This document shows positions 20,823-32,809 of a stretch of 64,000 nt of DNA, piece by piece. Numbering within the stretch: the first letter of the stretch is position 1; each line of letters begins with the position of its first letter. The notes beneath the pieces are model-generated. The model saw nothing but the letters and a program-made list of their open reading frames with translations, ran no database searches and was not told the origin of the DNA. A program made the translations under genes and the position numbers. Source of the DNA: Prasinococcaceae sp. CCMP 1430 (Eukaryota > Plantae > Prasinodermophyta); NCBI GenBank assembly GCA_013416795.1, contig RQSC01000907.1, positions 69,144 to 133,143 of the forward strand, read 5' to 3'.

Positions 20823-22596
20823 ATGGCGGACGCCGCGGGCGGCGGCGGCGCGGGTGACGGCAGCGAGGCCTACCTTGCGAACTACCGCCTCGCCAGGACG
20901 CTGGGCATCGGCTCGTTCGGCAAGGTCAAGGTCGCCGAGCACATCATCACGGGGCAAAAGGTCCGCGCGCGCATGCGAGAGGGCGCCGCTGAGATCTTCT
21001 CGAGCTCGCGCCCCCGTCGTCGCATGGCCGATGTGTGCGCGGCGGCTGTGTGTGCGTGCGCCGTCCGCGGCGGAGGGCAGAGCAGCGTGCGCGTCCAGAC
21101 CTCTCCCTCCGCGGCGCGGCGCTGACAAGTGCCGGCTCGTGAACTGCGCGAAACGCGGCGCCGTGCGCTCGCAGGTGGCCGTCAAGATCCTCAACCGCAA
21201 GAAGATCAAGCAGATGGACATGGAGGAGAAGGTCAACCGGGAGATTAAGATTCTGAAGCTCTTCATGCACCCGCACATCATCCGGCTCTACGAGGTCGTG
21301 GCCACGCCCACGGACATCTTCGTGGTGATGGAGTACGTCAAGTCGGGCGAGCTCTTCGACTACATCGTCGAGAAGGGCCGGCTGCCTGAGGACGAGGCGC
21401 GGAGGTTCTTCCAGCAGATCGTGGGCGGCGTCGAATACTGCCACAGAAACATGGTCGTCCACAGAGACCTGAAGCCGGAGAATCTGCTTTTGGACTCAAA
21501 CTACAACGTCAAAATCGCCGACTTTGGCCTGTCCAACATGATGTCCGACGGCCACTTCCTGCGGACGTCGTGCGGGAGCCCGAACTACGCGGCGCCGGAG
21601 GTGATCTCCGGCCGCATGTACGCGGGCCCGGAGGTGGATGTGTGGTCGTGCGGCGTCATCCTGTATGCGCTCCTCTGCGGCTCGCTGCCGTTCGACGACG
21701 AGAACATCCCGAACCTCTTCAAGAAGATCAAGGGCGGCATCTACATGCTCCCCAGCCACCTCTCGCCTGGCGCGCGCGACCTCATCCCGCGCTTGCTGCT
21801 CGTCGACCCGATGAAGCGCATCACGGTCCCCGAGATTCGGCAGCACCCGTGGTTCCAGGTGAGCCTACCACCATACCTCTCGGTGCCGCCTATGGACACG
21901 CTGGCGCAGACCCAGATCATGGACGACGCTGTGATCGCGGACGTGGTGAAGATGGGCTTTGACAAGCAGGAGCTCCTCGGTGACCTGTACTCGCACGCCA
22001 CGACCAAGGCGACCGTGAGCTACTACCTCATGTACGACCAGGTGCGGCTGCGTGGCGATCTCAACTCGACCCTGCCAGCGCCGGCCAGCCCGGCAATGGG
22101 CGGGATGATGTTGGCGAACGCGCCGGGCGGCGCGGGGCAGCAGGGGCAGCAAGGGGGCGCCCGGGGGGGGCACGGTCACCACCAACGCCTGGTCGCCGAG
22201 CGACGATGGGAGCTCGGCGTGACCACGCGGCGAAACGCGAGCGACGTCATGGCGGCGCTGTGCAACTGGATGCGAATGCATCAGATAGGGTGGAAAAAGC
22301 TGGGGCCGTACGCGCTGCGCTGCCGCAGGGAGCTTCCGCCCCCCGCCGCGGTAGCCCAGTCGCGCGAGCTCGCGTGCCAGGACACCGCAGCCAAGAACGC
22401 CACTGCGGCCGCGCTCGCGATGGCGCGCGGGGGCATCCCGTGCCTACGCTTCGAGCTGCAAATGTTCAGTCGCAAGGACGGCACGTGTGTAGTCGACATG
22501 CAGCGCGTCGACGGGCCCGTCTTCGTCTTCCTCGAGCTGGGCGGACTGCTGCAGCGGGAACTGCAGCTCGCGGGCGTGGCCGCGCCCGCCACGTAA
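20823..22596 (+). CDS. SnRK1: SNF1-related protein kinase 1 catalytic subunit alpha (AMPK alpha/KIN10)
   Basis: Model: exons 20823..20960 and 21175..22596. Motifs include LGIGSFGKVK, VAVK, HRDLKPEN, DFGLSN and the activation loop LRTSCGSPNYAAPE, followed by a UBA-like segment and a C-terminal KA1/CTD (LRFELQMF...VVDMQRVDG). Confidence 0.95.
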
Positions 22597-22872
22597 GAGC
22601 GACGTCGGAAGTATGGTGTCCGCGCGCACCGACGAGCAGCGCGAGCTAGCGCGAGCTAGCGCGAGCGCTGCTGCGAGCGGCCCGTGCCATCCAACTTTCG
22701 CAATTAGCCTACATGATTGCTAGAGCGCTATGTGCTACGAGCCGCCTGCGGGCAGGGCTCGGCACGCGCTCGCGCGTTTGACCTTGGGCGACGGGAGCTG
22801 CACTTGCCATCCCGTGCGCTTCCCATCCCGCCGCAACCACCACCCCACACACCTCCCTTGCTCAGCCAATCT

Positions 22873-24177
22873 TCAGGGCTTGACGATCATGGCGTCGCGG
22901 CCCGGGCCGACGCCGATGTACGTGCACGGCACGCCGACCAGCTCCTCCACCTTGAGCACGTAGGCCTGTGCCTTTTCGGGCAGCTCGCTCCACTCGCGTG
23001 CGCCAGAGATGTCCTCGAGCCAGCCGTCGACCTCCTCGTAGACGGGCACCACGCGCTCGAGGTCGCTCACGCTCGCCGGCAGCGACGGGCAGGGCGTGCC
23101 GTCCGCGTACTCGTACCCCACGCAGATCTGCAGCTTCTCAAGCTTGGAGAGCACATCGAGCTTGGTGATGTTGATGGCCGTGAAGCCGTTGATGTCGCAG
23201 GCGTACTTGAGCGCAGGCACGTCGAGCCAGCCGATGCGGCGCGGCCGGCCGGTGGTCGTGCCGTACTCGAAGCCCTCCGCGCGCAGATCGTCCGCCAGAT
23301 CGCCGAACACCTCGGTGGGGTACGGCCCCGCGCCCACGCGCGTGGTGTACGCCTTGGCCACGCCCACCAGACAGCTGATCTTGTTGGGCGCGAGCCCGAG
23401 CCCCGAGATGACGCCGCCCACGCTCGGGTTGGAGGACGTCACGAACGGGTAGGTGCCGAAGTCCACGTCGAGCATGGTGGCGTTGGCGCCCTCGACGAGG
23501 ATGCGCTTGCCCTCCTTGTGCGCGTTGTTGACGTATGCGACGGTGTCGGTGATGTAGGGCGCGATGCGCTCCGCCAGGCGCTCGTAGTTCGCGAGCTCGG
23601 CCTCCGTGTCGTACTCGAGCGCGTCGCCGAAGCGCGCGCGCGCGTCCGCCACGAGCGCCTCGAACTTTGCCTTGAAGGCGTCCATGTCGGCCAGGTCGCA
23701 CACGCGCAGGCCGTTGCGCGTCGACTTGGACGCGTACGCCGGCCCGATGCCGCGCTTCGTGGTGCCGATCTTGCCGCCCTTGAGCTCGGCCTCGCGCAGT
23801 CCGTCGATCTCCTTGTGCAGGTCGAAGAGCAGGTGCGCGCGGTCCGACACCAGCAGGCGCCCCTGCGTCTTGACGCCCGCCTCCTCGAGCTTCTCGATCT
23901 CCTCGAAGAAGCCCGGCAGGTGGACCACCACGCCGTTGCCCACCAGGCAGGTGGCCTCGGGGTTGAGGATGCCGCTGGGCACCAGGTGGAGCGCGTACTT
24001 GTTGCCCTCGGAGTCGTAGATGGTGTGGCCGGCGTTGGCGCCGCCCTGCGCGCGGCACACGAGGTCGTACTCCTGCGCGAGGATGTCGACGAGCTTGCCC
24101 TTGCCCTCGTCGCCCCACTGCGAGCCGAGCACGGCCGCGACCTGCGGGAGCGAGCTCCACGCGTCGGCCGCCCGCAC
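22873..24177 (-). CDS. purA: Adenylosuccinate synthetase (5' end and transit peptide unresolved)
   Basis: [73 protein letters not shown] and IGVGPGR are all present. The start lies upstream, across an N at 24305. Confidence 0.95.
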   Translation of the reverse strand: MRAADAWSSLPQVAAVLGSQWGDEGKGKLVDILAQEYDLVCRAQGGANAGHTIYDSEGNKYALHLVPSGILNPEATCLVGNGVVVHLPGFFEEIEKLEEAGVKTQGRLLVSDRAHLLFDLHKEIDGLREAELKGGKIGTTKRGIGPAYASKSTRNGLRVCDLADMDAFKAKFEALVADARARFGDALEYDTEAELANYERLAERIAPYITDTVAYVNNAHKEGKRILVEGANATMLDVDFGTYPFVTSSNPSVGGVISGLGLAPNKISCLVGVAKAYTTRVGAGPYPTEVFGDLADDLRAEGFEYGTTTGRPRRIGWLDVPALKYACDINGFTAINITKLDVLSKLEKLQICVGYEYADGTPCPSLPASVSDLERVVPVYEEVDGWLEDISGAREWSELPEKAQAYVLKVEELVGVPCTYIGVGPGRDAMIVKP

Positions 24178-25238
24178 GCACCAGCGAGTACGCCGCGACG
24201 GCTCCCGAAAACCGCAGCAACCCCGCGGCGAGCATGAGCGCGCCGTGCGCCGCGTGCGCCAGCGCGGCGTGCTCGCCCGACTGGTGCTGGCTGTGCACCG
24301 CCATNCGCTGCCGCGCGCCGCCCATCAGCGCGCATGCGGACGGCGCAGCAGCCGCGGGCGGCCAAAAGAAAAGGGCGACGGGGCAGCCGCCGGCCGACGA
24401 CCACGGCCGGCCGGCACCGCTTGGCCCCGCCGGTAAGAGGCACAGCACTTAGTTAGACAGCGGCTGGGCACGGCGCTGCACGGCTCTCGTCCTCGTCGTC
24501 GCCCTCGGCTGGCTGGGAGCATATGCCGTCGATATGTGCCGCGGTGCGTTGCGGCGACGGGCCACGCCATTCCAGTCCCAGCCTGGCCTGGCCTGACCGA
24601 CTGGTCTCAGCACGGGAGGAACCAACAAACCACACGGGCACGCTGTCAAAAAACCCTCACCGCGAAGAGGAAGCGCGAGCGGAAACGGCGCGAAGAGACT
24701 GCGCCTCCGGATCCGGATGGAAAGGACGCTCGATCCGATCCGATCCGACCGACCGACGGATCGATCGATCGATCACACGAAGAGCGAGCGAGGGACAGAT
24801 GACCCCGGTCAGGCCGGTCGGACCCGGGGGGGAACGGGCGAAAGCCAGACGCAGACCGACCCGAGCGCTCGATTGATTGCCGAACGAACGTCGTTTGGTT
24901 GGTTTTTTCTGGTGTGGGACTGCGGGGCGGGGGGTGTGGCGCGTTCGAATGTCGTGTGGGCGGGTTTGGGGCGCGGTGTGCCCCGCAATTTCGGCGACTC
25001 CCGAGGTCGCGCGGCATTGGCGCCGGTGCGGGAGTGGCGCGATTTGACCCGAGCGCGGCCGGAAGTTTCGGACCGCCGCAGCAGCAGCACCAGCCCCCAC
25101 GCCCCCCCTTGGGGAGGAGGAGGGGAGCGCACGCGCGCCAGCCACACCAGGCGCGGCAGGCAGAAGATGTTGGCGCTGCGGGTGCCTTCAGATTAGATCC
25201 CGCGGGCTCAGGCGGCGCGGGTGGGGGCCTTGGGGGGG

Positions 25239-25967
25239 ATGGCAGCCGATATGGCCGCCGCCGCGTCGAGCGCCGCCGCTGACTGGGCGGCGGCGCGCGC
25301 GGCGCAGATCGAGCGCGCGAGGCTGCTGCGCGAGGCGCGGGCGCACGCCGCAGCGGGCGGCGCGCCAGCAACCCCTCCCCATCCTCGACCACCAGCGGTT
25401 GCGCCGCCGCAGGCCAAGAGCGCGGGACTCAGCGGCCTGCCGTCTCCAGGGTCGAACGCGCTGATGGCGGAGTGTGGCGGAGTGTCAGCCACCGCGCAGA
25501 GTGTGGCGCACCCCTCGGGGGTGGCGCGTGGCAGCCCGATGGTGCCGCGAAGGGCGCCGGCCACCGCGCCCGCGCCTGCGCCCGCACCGCAGACGAGCGC
25601 GCACGCCGAGGTAGCGTTGCTCGCCGACCTTGAGATAATAGTGACGGACCTACAGAGCGAGGTGCGCCGCCTCGCGGAGGAGCTCGAGGGCGAGCGCGCC
25701 GACAAGCGGGCGCTGCTGCGCGAGGTCAGCGCGCTCCGCGCTGCAGCGGCGGGTGCCGGCAGCGCCACGCAGGAAGCGTTCGCCACCGTGCCGCGCTCGC
25801 GCACCAAGGGCCGCCGCAGGCCCGAATGGAACGCCGACAGCGCCGTGATCCGCGCCGACGATGCTGAAGTGCGCTCCAGCCTCGACGCGGCCGGGTCAAC
25901 AGGAGCCGAGCGGCGAGTGTGCTCGCAGCGCCAAACCAACGCACAGACCACACACACACAAACATGA
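25239..25967 (+). CDS. Hypothetical coiled-coil protein
   Basis: ATG at 25239 with GC3-rich codons and a heptad segment LLADLEIIVTDLQSEVRRLAEELEGERADKRALLREVSAL. No family was recognised and the 3' end may be spliced. Confidence 0.5.
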   Translation: MAADMAAAASSAAADWAAARAAQIERARLLREARAHAAAGGAPATPPHPRPPAVAPPQAKSAGLSGLPSPGSNALMAECGGVSATAQSVAHPSGVARGSPMVPRRAPATAPAPAPAPQTSAHAEVALLADLEIIVTDLQSEVRRLAEELEGERADKRALLREVSALRAAAAGAGSATQEAFATVPRSRTKGRRRPEWNADSAVIRADDAEVRSSLDAAGSTGAERRVCSQRQTNAQTTHTQT

Positions 25968-25989
25968 ACACAAACACAAACACAAACAC
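25946..25989. repeat. CA/CACAAA microsatellite
   Basis: The sequence reads cacacacacaaacatgaacacaaacacaaacacaaacac. Confidence 0.7.
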
Positions 25990-26114
25990 GCGCCAACGCA
26001 TCGCACGGCAGTCGTCTCAAAAATAATCATTTACTTGCAGATTGCTCGACAGCGTGCACATACGCTCGCGGCGTCGTTGCGCCGGGTGCCTCGAATGCCA
26101 CGTGCGACACCTGC

Positions 26115-27580
26115 TCACTTCTTGCCGTAGATTTCGTCGAGCTCTTCGGCAACAGCGTCGACAAACTGCTCGGTGGTCAACCCCGAGGGGCCGCACAGGT
26201 CACGAGTGCCCTTGCCCTGCGAGGCGAGGAGTCGGCGCAGCAGAAAACGCGCGGGCCCCGACGCGCAGTCAGCATGGGGGCTCGCCAGAGGTCAGGCGTG
26301 CGGATGGAGAAGCACGTCTCGCGCGCACTCACCTCCCTGAAGAGCTTGTGCATGGCGCGGCGCATGTCATTGGTAAAGGTGACGATGCGATCGGCATCGT
26401 CATTGGTGCTGCTGTTGAGCGTGGCGGCGTGCTGCATGGCGCCGATGAGCGCCTCTACCATGCCCAGAGGGTTGAAGGAGGTCTCCTTGCCCTCAAGGCG
26501 AGCGTCCTCCATATCAGCGGCCGTGCCGTGGCTCGCCTCGAACTCCTTGATGAGGGAGCCGTCGGCGGCCTTGCCCACGAGGTTGGAGGTGATGAAACCG
26601 GGCGACTTGTGCACCTGTGCCACCTCGTCCGTGAGCATGTCACCGTCGTAGTTGTGCGCGGCCATGCCGAAGCCACCATCTGTCCACTTGACAATCTGCA
26701 TGGTCGCGGCGTCCGATATGAGGTGCTGCAGTTCGCCACCACTGGCGTCCAGCAGGCCTGCCTCGTTGAAGGCATCCTTGAACTCGGCATCAAAAACCTC
26801 CCTCATCTTTGTCCAGTAGGTCTCCTGCCACTTGAAGACGGTCTTCTTGGTCACCACGTACGGCGTGCAGTTGTGCAGCAGGCAGCGGTCGAAGAAGATC
26901 CGGCCGAGCTCTGTGACGTTGTCGTACGGGTTGTGATACGTCACCACGGCGTTCGACTGATCGGTCAGCTCGGCTTCGACGATGGTGACGGGCGCAGAGC
27001 CATCCGCGGGTGAGAAGGTGGTCGTCACCTTGCCCGGGCCGACAGTGGCGTGGCCGGCCGAGTATTCACCGCCGACGGCGTGGCGCTCGAAAAGCACGGG
27101 GCGCTTGAAGCCGAGCTCAATGCCATCGATGTGGATGGTGTCGCGCGAAATGGTGACGCCGTTCCACCCCCTGCGCATGGCACCGTTCGGGGAGCCCCAT
27201 GCCTGCGCAGCGGAGCGCGCCCACGACCGTAGGAGTGAGGGAGCGAGCAAATCGAGTCAGCGCTGCCGCGCGCACGCGAGCTCCAAGGGGGCGCCTCCGG
27301 TCCCAAGCACCGTACGCACCTTCTTGAGGCCGAGGCGCTTCTTCTGCACCTCGGTGGGCGTGATGGTGGGCTCCTTGAAGATGGCTCCCAGGCGCGCACC
27401 CGCGGCCACGGCGTCGTGCAGCACCTTGTCCTCGGTGTCGTCGCGCGAGCGGCAGCTGAGATCGAAGCGTTCCCACGAGGAGGTGTCGACGTACGGCGAG
27501 ACCCAGCGCTCCATGACCAGGTCCATGACGTACTTGGTCATTTCCTCGCCGGCGATGTACACCATCGGTGACGCCGCCAT
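26115..27580 (-). CDS. IDH: Isocitrate dehydrogenase, type II homodimeric, NAD-type cofactor signature
   Basis: Model: exons 27580..27320, 27202..26333 and 26216..26115 (410 aa). Motifs are MVYIAGEEMT, KEPTITP, WGSPNGAMRRGWNG, ERHAVGGEY, VTKKTVFK, HLISDA, HNYDGDMLTDE, EASHGTAADM and GKGTRDLCG. Confidence 0.92.
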
Positions 27581-30500
27581 CTTGGCGCCGCCCGCGGCGG
27601 GCGCAGCAGCCGCCAAGCCTGCGCGACGGCGCGGCAACAAGGAGCTGGCCAAGCAGAAGCGCGGCGTGTTCAGCAGCGGAGCCGCGGGGGGCGGCAAGGG
27701 AGAGGCGCTCCCAAAGAAGAACGACGGCAACCCGCTCCAGTGCCCGTACTGCGAGAAGATCTACAAGCAGGATGGCAGGCTCAAGGTGGGGGCGCGCCCG
27801 CGAGGACGCGCGATGGGGTGCGCGCGCCTGCCGGAGCGCTCCCGCCCGCCCGTCCGCCCGCCCGCCCGCCCGTCTGAGGCGGGCCGCTCGCGGGGGCGCG
27901 TGACGCGCGACTGACCACCTTACCCCCGCGCGAACGCACGCGTGCCGACCGCGATGACCGCGCCCACTGCGCCGGTCGCACGCGCAGGAGCATCTCAAGC
28001 GCCAGCACGCCGACGAGGTCGCCGCGGCGAACAAGGAAGCCGAGGCCAAGGCTGAAGAGGTCGCTGCCGCCAAGGCGGCCGAGGACGCCAGGAGGGCCAA
28101 GGAGCCGCCAAGAGCGGCGCGCGGCGAGAAGCTGCCCAAGGTGCTCCTGCGCGAGGCGTGCGACAAGGCCAAGCGAATACCCCCGAGGTACCGCGAGACC
28201 CGCTGCAACGACCCCCCCGACACGTGGCATTCCAAATGCGTGCTCGCCGACAAGAAGGTCGCCAACAACGACATCGTGTGCTTCACCAAGGGCAAGTGCG
28301 AGCCGCAGCCGAGCGCGATGGAGGCCAGCCAGATGGCCGCAGTGGTCGCGCTGCACCGGCTGTGCGCGGGCCTGCAGATGCACCGCGTGCTGCCCAAACG
28401 CTACCGCCCGCTGTGGGAGGTCCTCGACGAGGGCCGCGAGGAGCGCGAGGAGAAGGCGGCGCTGCGCGCGAAGCGCGAGGAGAAGCGAAAGGAGCGCGAG
28501 GCGCGCCAGCAGCAGCGCGAGGAGCGTGAGAGGAGGCAGGTCACAAGCGTGTACATGTCGCCGGACAGGCTCGAGGTCATCAAGGGCCTGCTTGACGGCG
28601 TCGCGGGCGCGGGCGCCGGCGCGGGCGCGGGCCGTCCCGGCCTCGACGATGGTAAGCGCTCGACCGAGGGCGACTGGGACGACAGCGACGGCGAGGGCGG
28701 CGACGGTGGCGACGCGAGGCCTGACGTCGATGATCTGGCCACGCAGCTCTCGTCGATGGGTTTCGACGCGAATGACGCGTCCACGGCCGCGCGGCGGCAC
28801 CCCGGCGAGCTGTCGGCCGCTCTGGACTGGCTGCTGCTGACGCTCGACGACGAGTCCCTCCCAGCGCGCTTCGCGGCGAGGGGCAGCGCCAAACACATCG
28901 ACGTGCGCGTGATGCGCCCCGCGCGTGCACAGGGCGCGGCGATGGACGCTGAGGCGGACCCTTCGCCCGCGCTCGAAGACCCCGGCTGGCCAACCGACGC
29001 CGGCGCGGCGCCATCGACCCAGTTGCCCGACGCCGCGGCGGAGGAGCTCGAGGCGCTGGGTGCAATTTACGCCGATGAGCTCGCCGCGGGCGACGGAGGC
29101 AGCGCCGACACGCCCGAGGGATGCTACGCCCTGACCCTCGCTGAGGGCGACGCGAGCGTGCAAATGCGCTGGCGATTCCCGGAGGGATACCCGGAGCGTG
29201 CGCCACTGCACCTGCGCGTGGCCGCCATCGCCGGCGTTGGACCGAACGCTCTGGCAGAGATGGGCGCGGCTGCGTCTGCGCGCGCGAGCGCGCTGCAAGC
29301 TGACGGCGAGGTGGCAGTGTTCGAGCTGGCAGAGATGCTGAAGGAACAGCTGCGAAGGCCGACGCGCGAGCTCACGAGCAAGACGAAAGCGAGCACGGCG
29401 GACGACGTGCGGGAGGAGCGGGACGTCCGGCGAGGAGCGGAGGATGCCCCGCCCCAAAAGCCGCCAAAGCCGCCCCGACGGCACTCGCCGCGGCAACCGC
29501 AGCAGCGCCGCGAGGCCGGCCCGCGCGTGAGCGAATCCGAGCGACGCGCGGAGAACGAGAGGCTGCGCGCTCTTGAGGAGGACCGCCGGGCTGGGCGCGG
29601 TCCGGGCGCCGCGCTGGCGGCCGTGCGCGCGCGCCTCCCCGCCGCTGGCAGCCGCGACGAGGTCTTGACAGCGCTCGCCAGAGCGCGCGTGCTCATCATT
29701 CACGGCGCGACGGGATGTGGCAAGTCGACGCAGGTGCCGCAGTTCATCCTGGAGGCGGAGGCCGCCGCCGGGCGCGGTGGTGCGGCGAGCGTCGTCGTCA
29801 CCCAGCCACGACGCATTAGCGCCGTTGGCGTCGCGGAGCGTGTCGCTGCCGAGCGCGGGGAGCCCTGCGGTGACGTCGTTGGATACACGGTCCGCCTCGA
29901 CCGGAAGGCGTCGCGCCGCACGCGCCTCATGTTCTGCACGACGGGTGTGTTGCTGCGTCGGCTGCAGTCCGACCCGCTCCTCCGCGACGTGACCCACGTG
30001 GTGGTGGACGAAGTGCACGAGCGCAGTGTTGAGTGCGACCTGCTGTTGCTGCTGTTGCGGCAGGCGCTCACCCGCAACGACGCTCTCAAGGTGGTGCTCA
30101 TGTCCGCAACGCTCGACGCGGAGGCATTTGCAGAGTACTTTGCAAGGCCGACGGGCGGGAGCGCCGACGGCGACGACAAGGGCATCGGGTCGCGCCCCGT
30201 GCCCCTGCCACCTGTGGTGACCATCCCTGGATTTACCCACCCCGTGCGCGACCTCTATCTCGAGGACGTGCTCGAGCTCACGCGCTTTCGCATCGGTGCA
30301 AAGAACAGATACACCAAGCGCACCACCTCGGCCATGCCTTCCGCCTCGAGAGACCAAGTGGGCGGCGGCCGGAGCACGACAGACGCCGCGTCGCGCCAGG
30401 GCGCTGCCCAGCAGCGCCTGTCCACGCTCGCCGACAAGAGCGCCGCCGCAGCCGCGGAAGCCAAGCCGGCGGTGTTGCGATTGCCTGGCGCGGAGCTGGA

Positions 30501-32809
30501 CAGCTGGGAAGACGATGACGGGGACGTGGGGGCAGACAGCGATGTCGAGGAGGCCTCCACCGCTGCTGAGCGAGAACGCGCCGAGGCCGCCGCCGCCGCC
30601 GCACGCGGCGAGGCTGCACTCGCCGAGGCCTCGCAGCGCGCCGCCGAGCGCGCAGCGCTGGCGGACCACGCCGAGTCGAAGGAACGCGCCCTGATCGTGC
30701 GAGAGATCGATCGCCAGCTGGCGTCGTACAGCGCCGACACGCAGCGCTCGCTGGCGCACGTCGACGAATCGGTGATCAACTACGACCTGATCGAGGCGCT
30801 GGTGGCGTGCATCCTGGATGGGACCGCTCCGCTGCCCGAGGGACCGGCCAAGGGGGTCAATCGCGGCGGAGCCATCTTGGTCTTCCTTCCCGGCATGGCG
30901 GAGATTCGCACGCTTCAGCGCGCGCTCGAAGGCAGCGACCGCCTGCGTGGTGAGGCGTGGGTGGTGCCGCTGCACGGCTCGCTGCCACCGAAGGACCAGC
31001 GGCGCGTCTTTGACCGACCGCCTGCCGGCCAGCGCAAGATCGTCCTCTCGACCAACGTGGCCGAGACTTCAATCACCATAGACGACGTGACGACGGTCAT
31101 CGACACTGGAAGGGCGCGCGAAGTGCAGTACGATCCAGAGAGGCGCCTGAGCGCGCTAACCGACGCCTGGTGCTCGCGCAACGCTGCCAAGCAGCGCCGC
31201 GGTCGCGCTGGCCGCGCCCAACCTGGCGTGTGCTTCAGGACGTACTCGAGCCGCACTTTTGCTCTGGAGATGGCGGAGGCCAACCCACCGGAGGTGCTGC
31301 GTGTTCCGCTGGAGAGGCTCTGCCTTCAGATCATGTCCACCATGCAAGGGCAGCGGCCGCGCACCCGCGCGGACGGCGGGGGGCAGCAGCAGACGATGCG
31401 CGCGCCTTCCGTGGGCGAGATTTTGGCGGGCCTGCTGACCCCTCCTCCTCCCGACTCGGTTCGCTCCGCGATGGACTCCCTGCGGGGGCTGAGCGCGGTC
31501 GCCGCCCCGGAGTCACTGACGCCGCTGGGCCGCCAGCTAAGCGCGATGCCCCTCGACGCGCCCATCGGGAAGATGCTCATATTCGGCGCATTGCTGCGCT
31601 GCCTCGATCCTCTCCTCAAGGTCGCCGCGGCGCTCGGTGCCGGACGCTCGCTCTTCGTGAGCCCGCGCGAGTCGCGCGACGAGGCCGATGCTGCGAAGCG
31701 CAAGTTCGCCGCCAAGGCTTCAAAGTCAGACCACATTGCTGTGGTGGTCGCATTCAATGGCTGGCTGGCGGCGCGCAGGCTTGGGGCGCGCGAGGAGCGC
31801 GAGTACGTCGCCGTCAACTTTCTCTCGCCGCAGGTGCTGCGCGAGATGGACGCGGCGCGCTTCGACCTCTTGGATTCTCTGTGCGACTTGGGTTTTGTCC
31901 CGCGTGGGGCCGCACAGGCGTTGCGGAGGCACGAACGCAGCAGCGACGTCGTCCCGGGTGCCGGCGCCGAGCCAAACGCCAACATCGGCGTGCTCGAGGT
32001 GCTGCTGCGCAACGCGGGGAGCGCACGCGTGGTCAAAGCGGCGCTGTGCGCGGGGTTGTATCCGCATGTTGTGCGCGTTGAGCACCCAAAGCAGCAGTAC
32101 ACGGCCACCCTGAGCGGCGCCGTCGACAAGGCGTCCGACGCAAAGCAGCTCAAGCTGTTCACGCGCGAGGACGGGCGCGTCTTTTTGCACCCGTCGAGCG
32201 TGCAGTTCAACACGGGGAGATTCGAGTCCAACTGGCTCGTGTACTCAAAACGCATGAAGACGAGCAAGGTGAGGAGGATGCACATTGCGCGCTCACCCTG
32301 CGGCCCGCGTCGCGCTGACTCGTGCACCTGCGCGCGCTGACCCTCGACGCGCTCGCGTGTGCCGGCCCCATCCGTTTTGCAGGTCTTCCTGCACGAGGTG
32401 CGCGCGCACGCTCCGCCGCGCGCCCGCACCCGCGTCCCAGCACCCGCGTCTGCCTGCTCCTCCTCTCGCCGCCCTGCGTCGCTCCCACGTGCGCCGGTGC
32501 GCGGGTACGTGCTAACACACGCGCCCCCTCGCCCCCGACGACGTGCCACGGCAGGTGACGATGGTCCCTCCGTACGCTCTCCTCATCTTCGGTGGCGAAC
32601 TGAAGGTACAATACGAGGAGGGCCGCATCGTGGTCGACGACTGGGCGAAATTCGAGGCGCCTGCGCGCATCGGCGTGCTCGTGCGCGAACTGCGCACACG
32701 CGTGGACGAGGCGCTCGGCGCGAAGCTCGCGAATCCTGACGGCTCGGACCTCGGTTCGGAGAAGCTCTGTGAGGCGCTTTGCGCGCTGTTGGACTCGGAC
32801 GGCTTCTGA
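27555..32809 (+). CDS. DExH-box RNA helicase, DHX57/DHX29-like, with N-terminal C2H2 finger, dsRBD-like, UBA and RWD domains
   Basis: Model: exons 27555(start uncertain)..27785, 27988..32268, 32383..32397 and 32555..32809. Motifs are GATGCGKSTQVPQF, TQPRRISA, DEVHER, MSAT, ILVFLPG, STNVAETSITI, QRRGRAGR, HA2 (LTPLGRQLSAMPLD) and an OB-fold end. The C2H2 finger CPYCEKIYKQDGRLK|EHLKRQH is split by intron 1. Confidence 0.9.

Noticed and set aside
20152-21174. N-terminal 340 aa of the 814-aa kinase ORF
   Set aside because: It reads through the promoter and intron 1. The true exon 1 (20823..20960) is in another frame and supplies the Gly-rich loop.
22717-24237. 506-aa plus-strand ORF
   Set aside because: It is the antisense mirror of purA, which has strongly biased codons.
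27781-30975. 1064-aa minus-strand ORF
   Set aside because: It is the antisense mirror of the helicase, with no domain signal.
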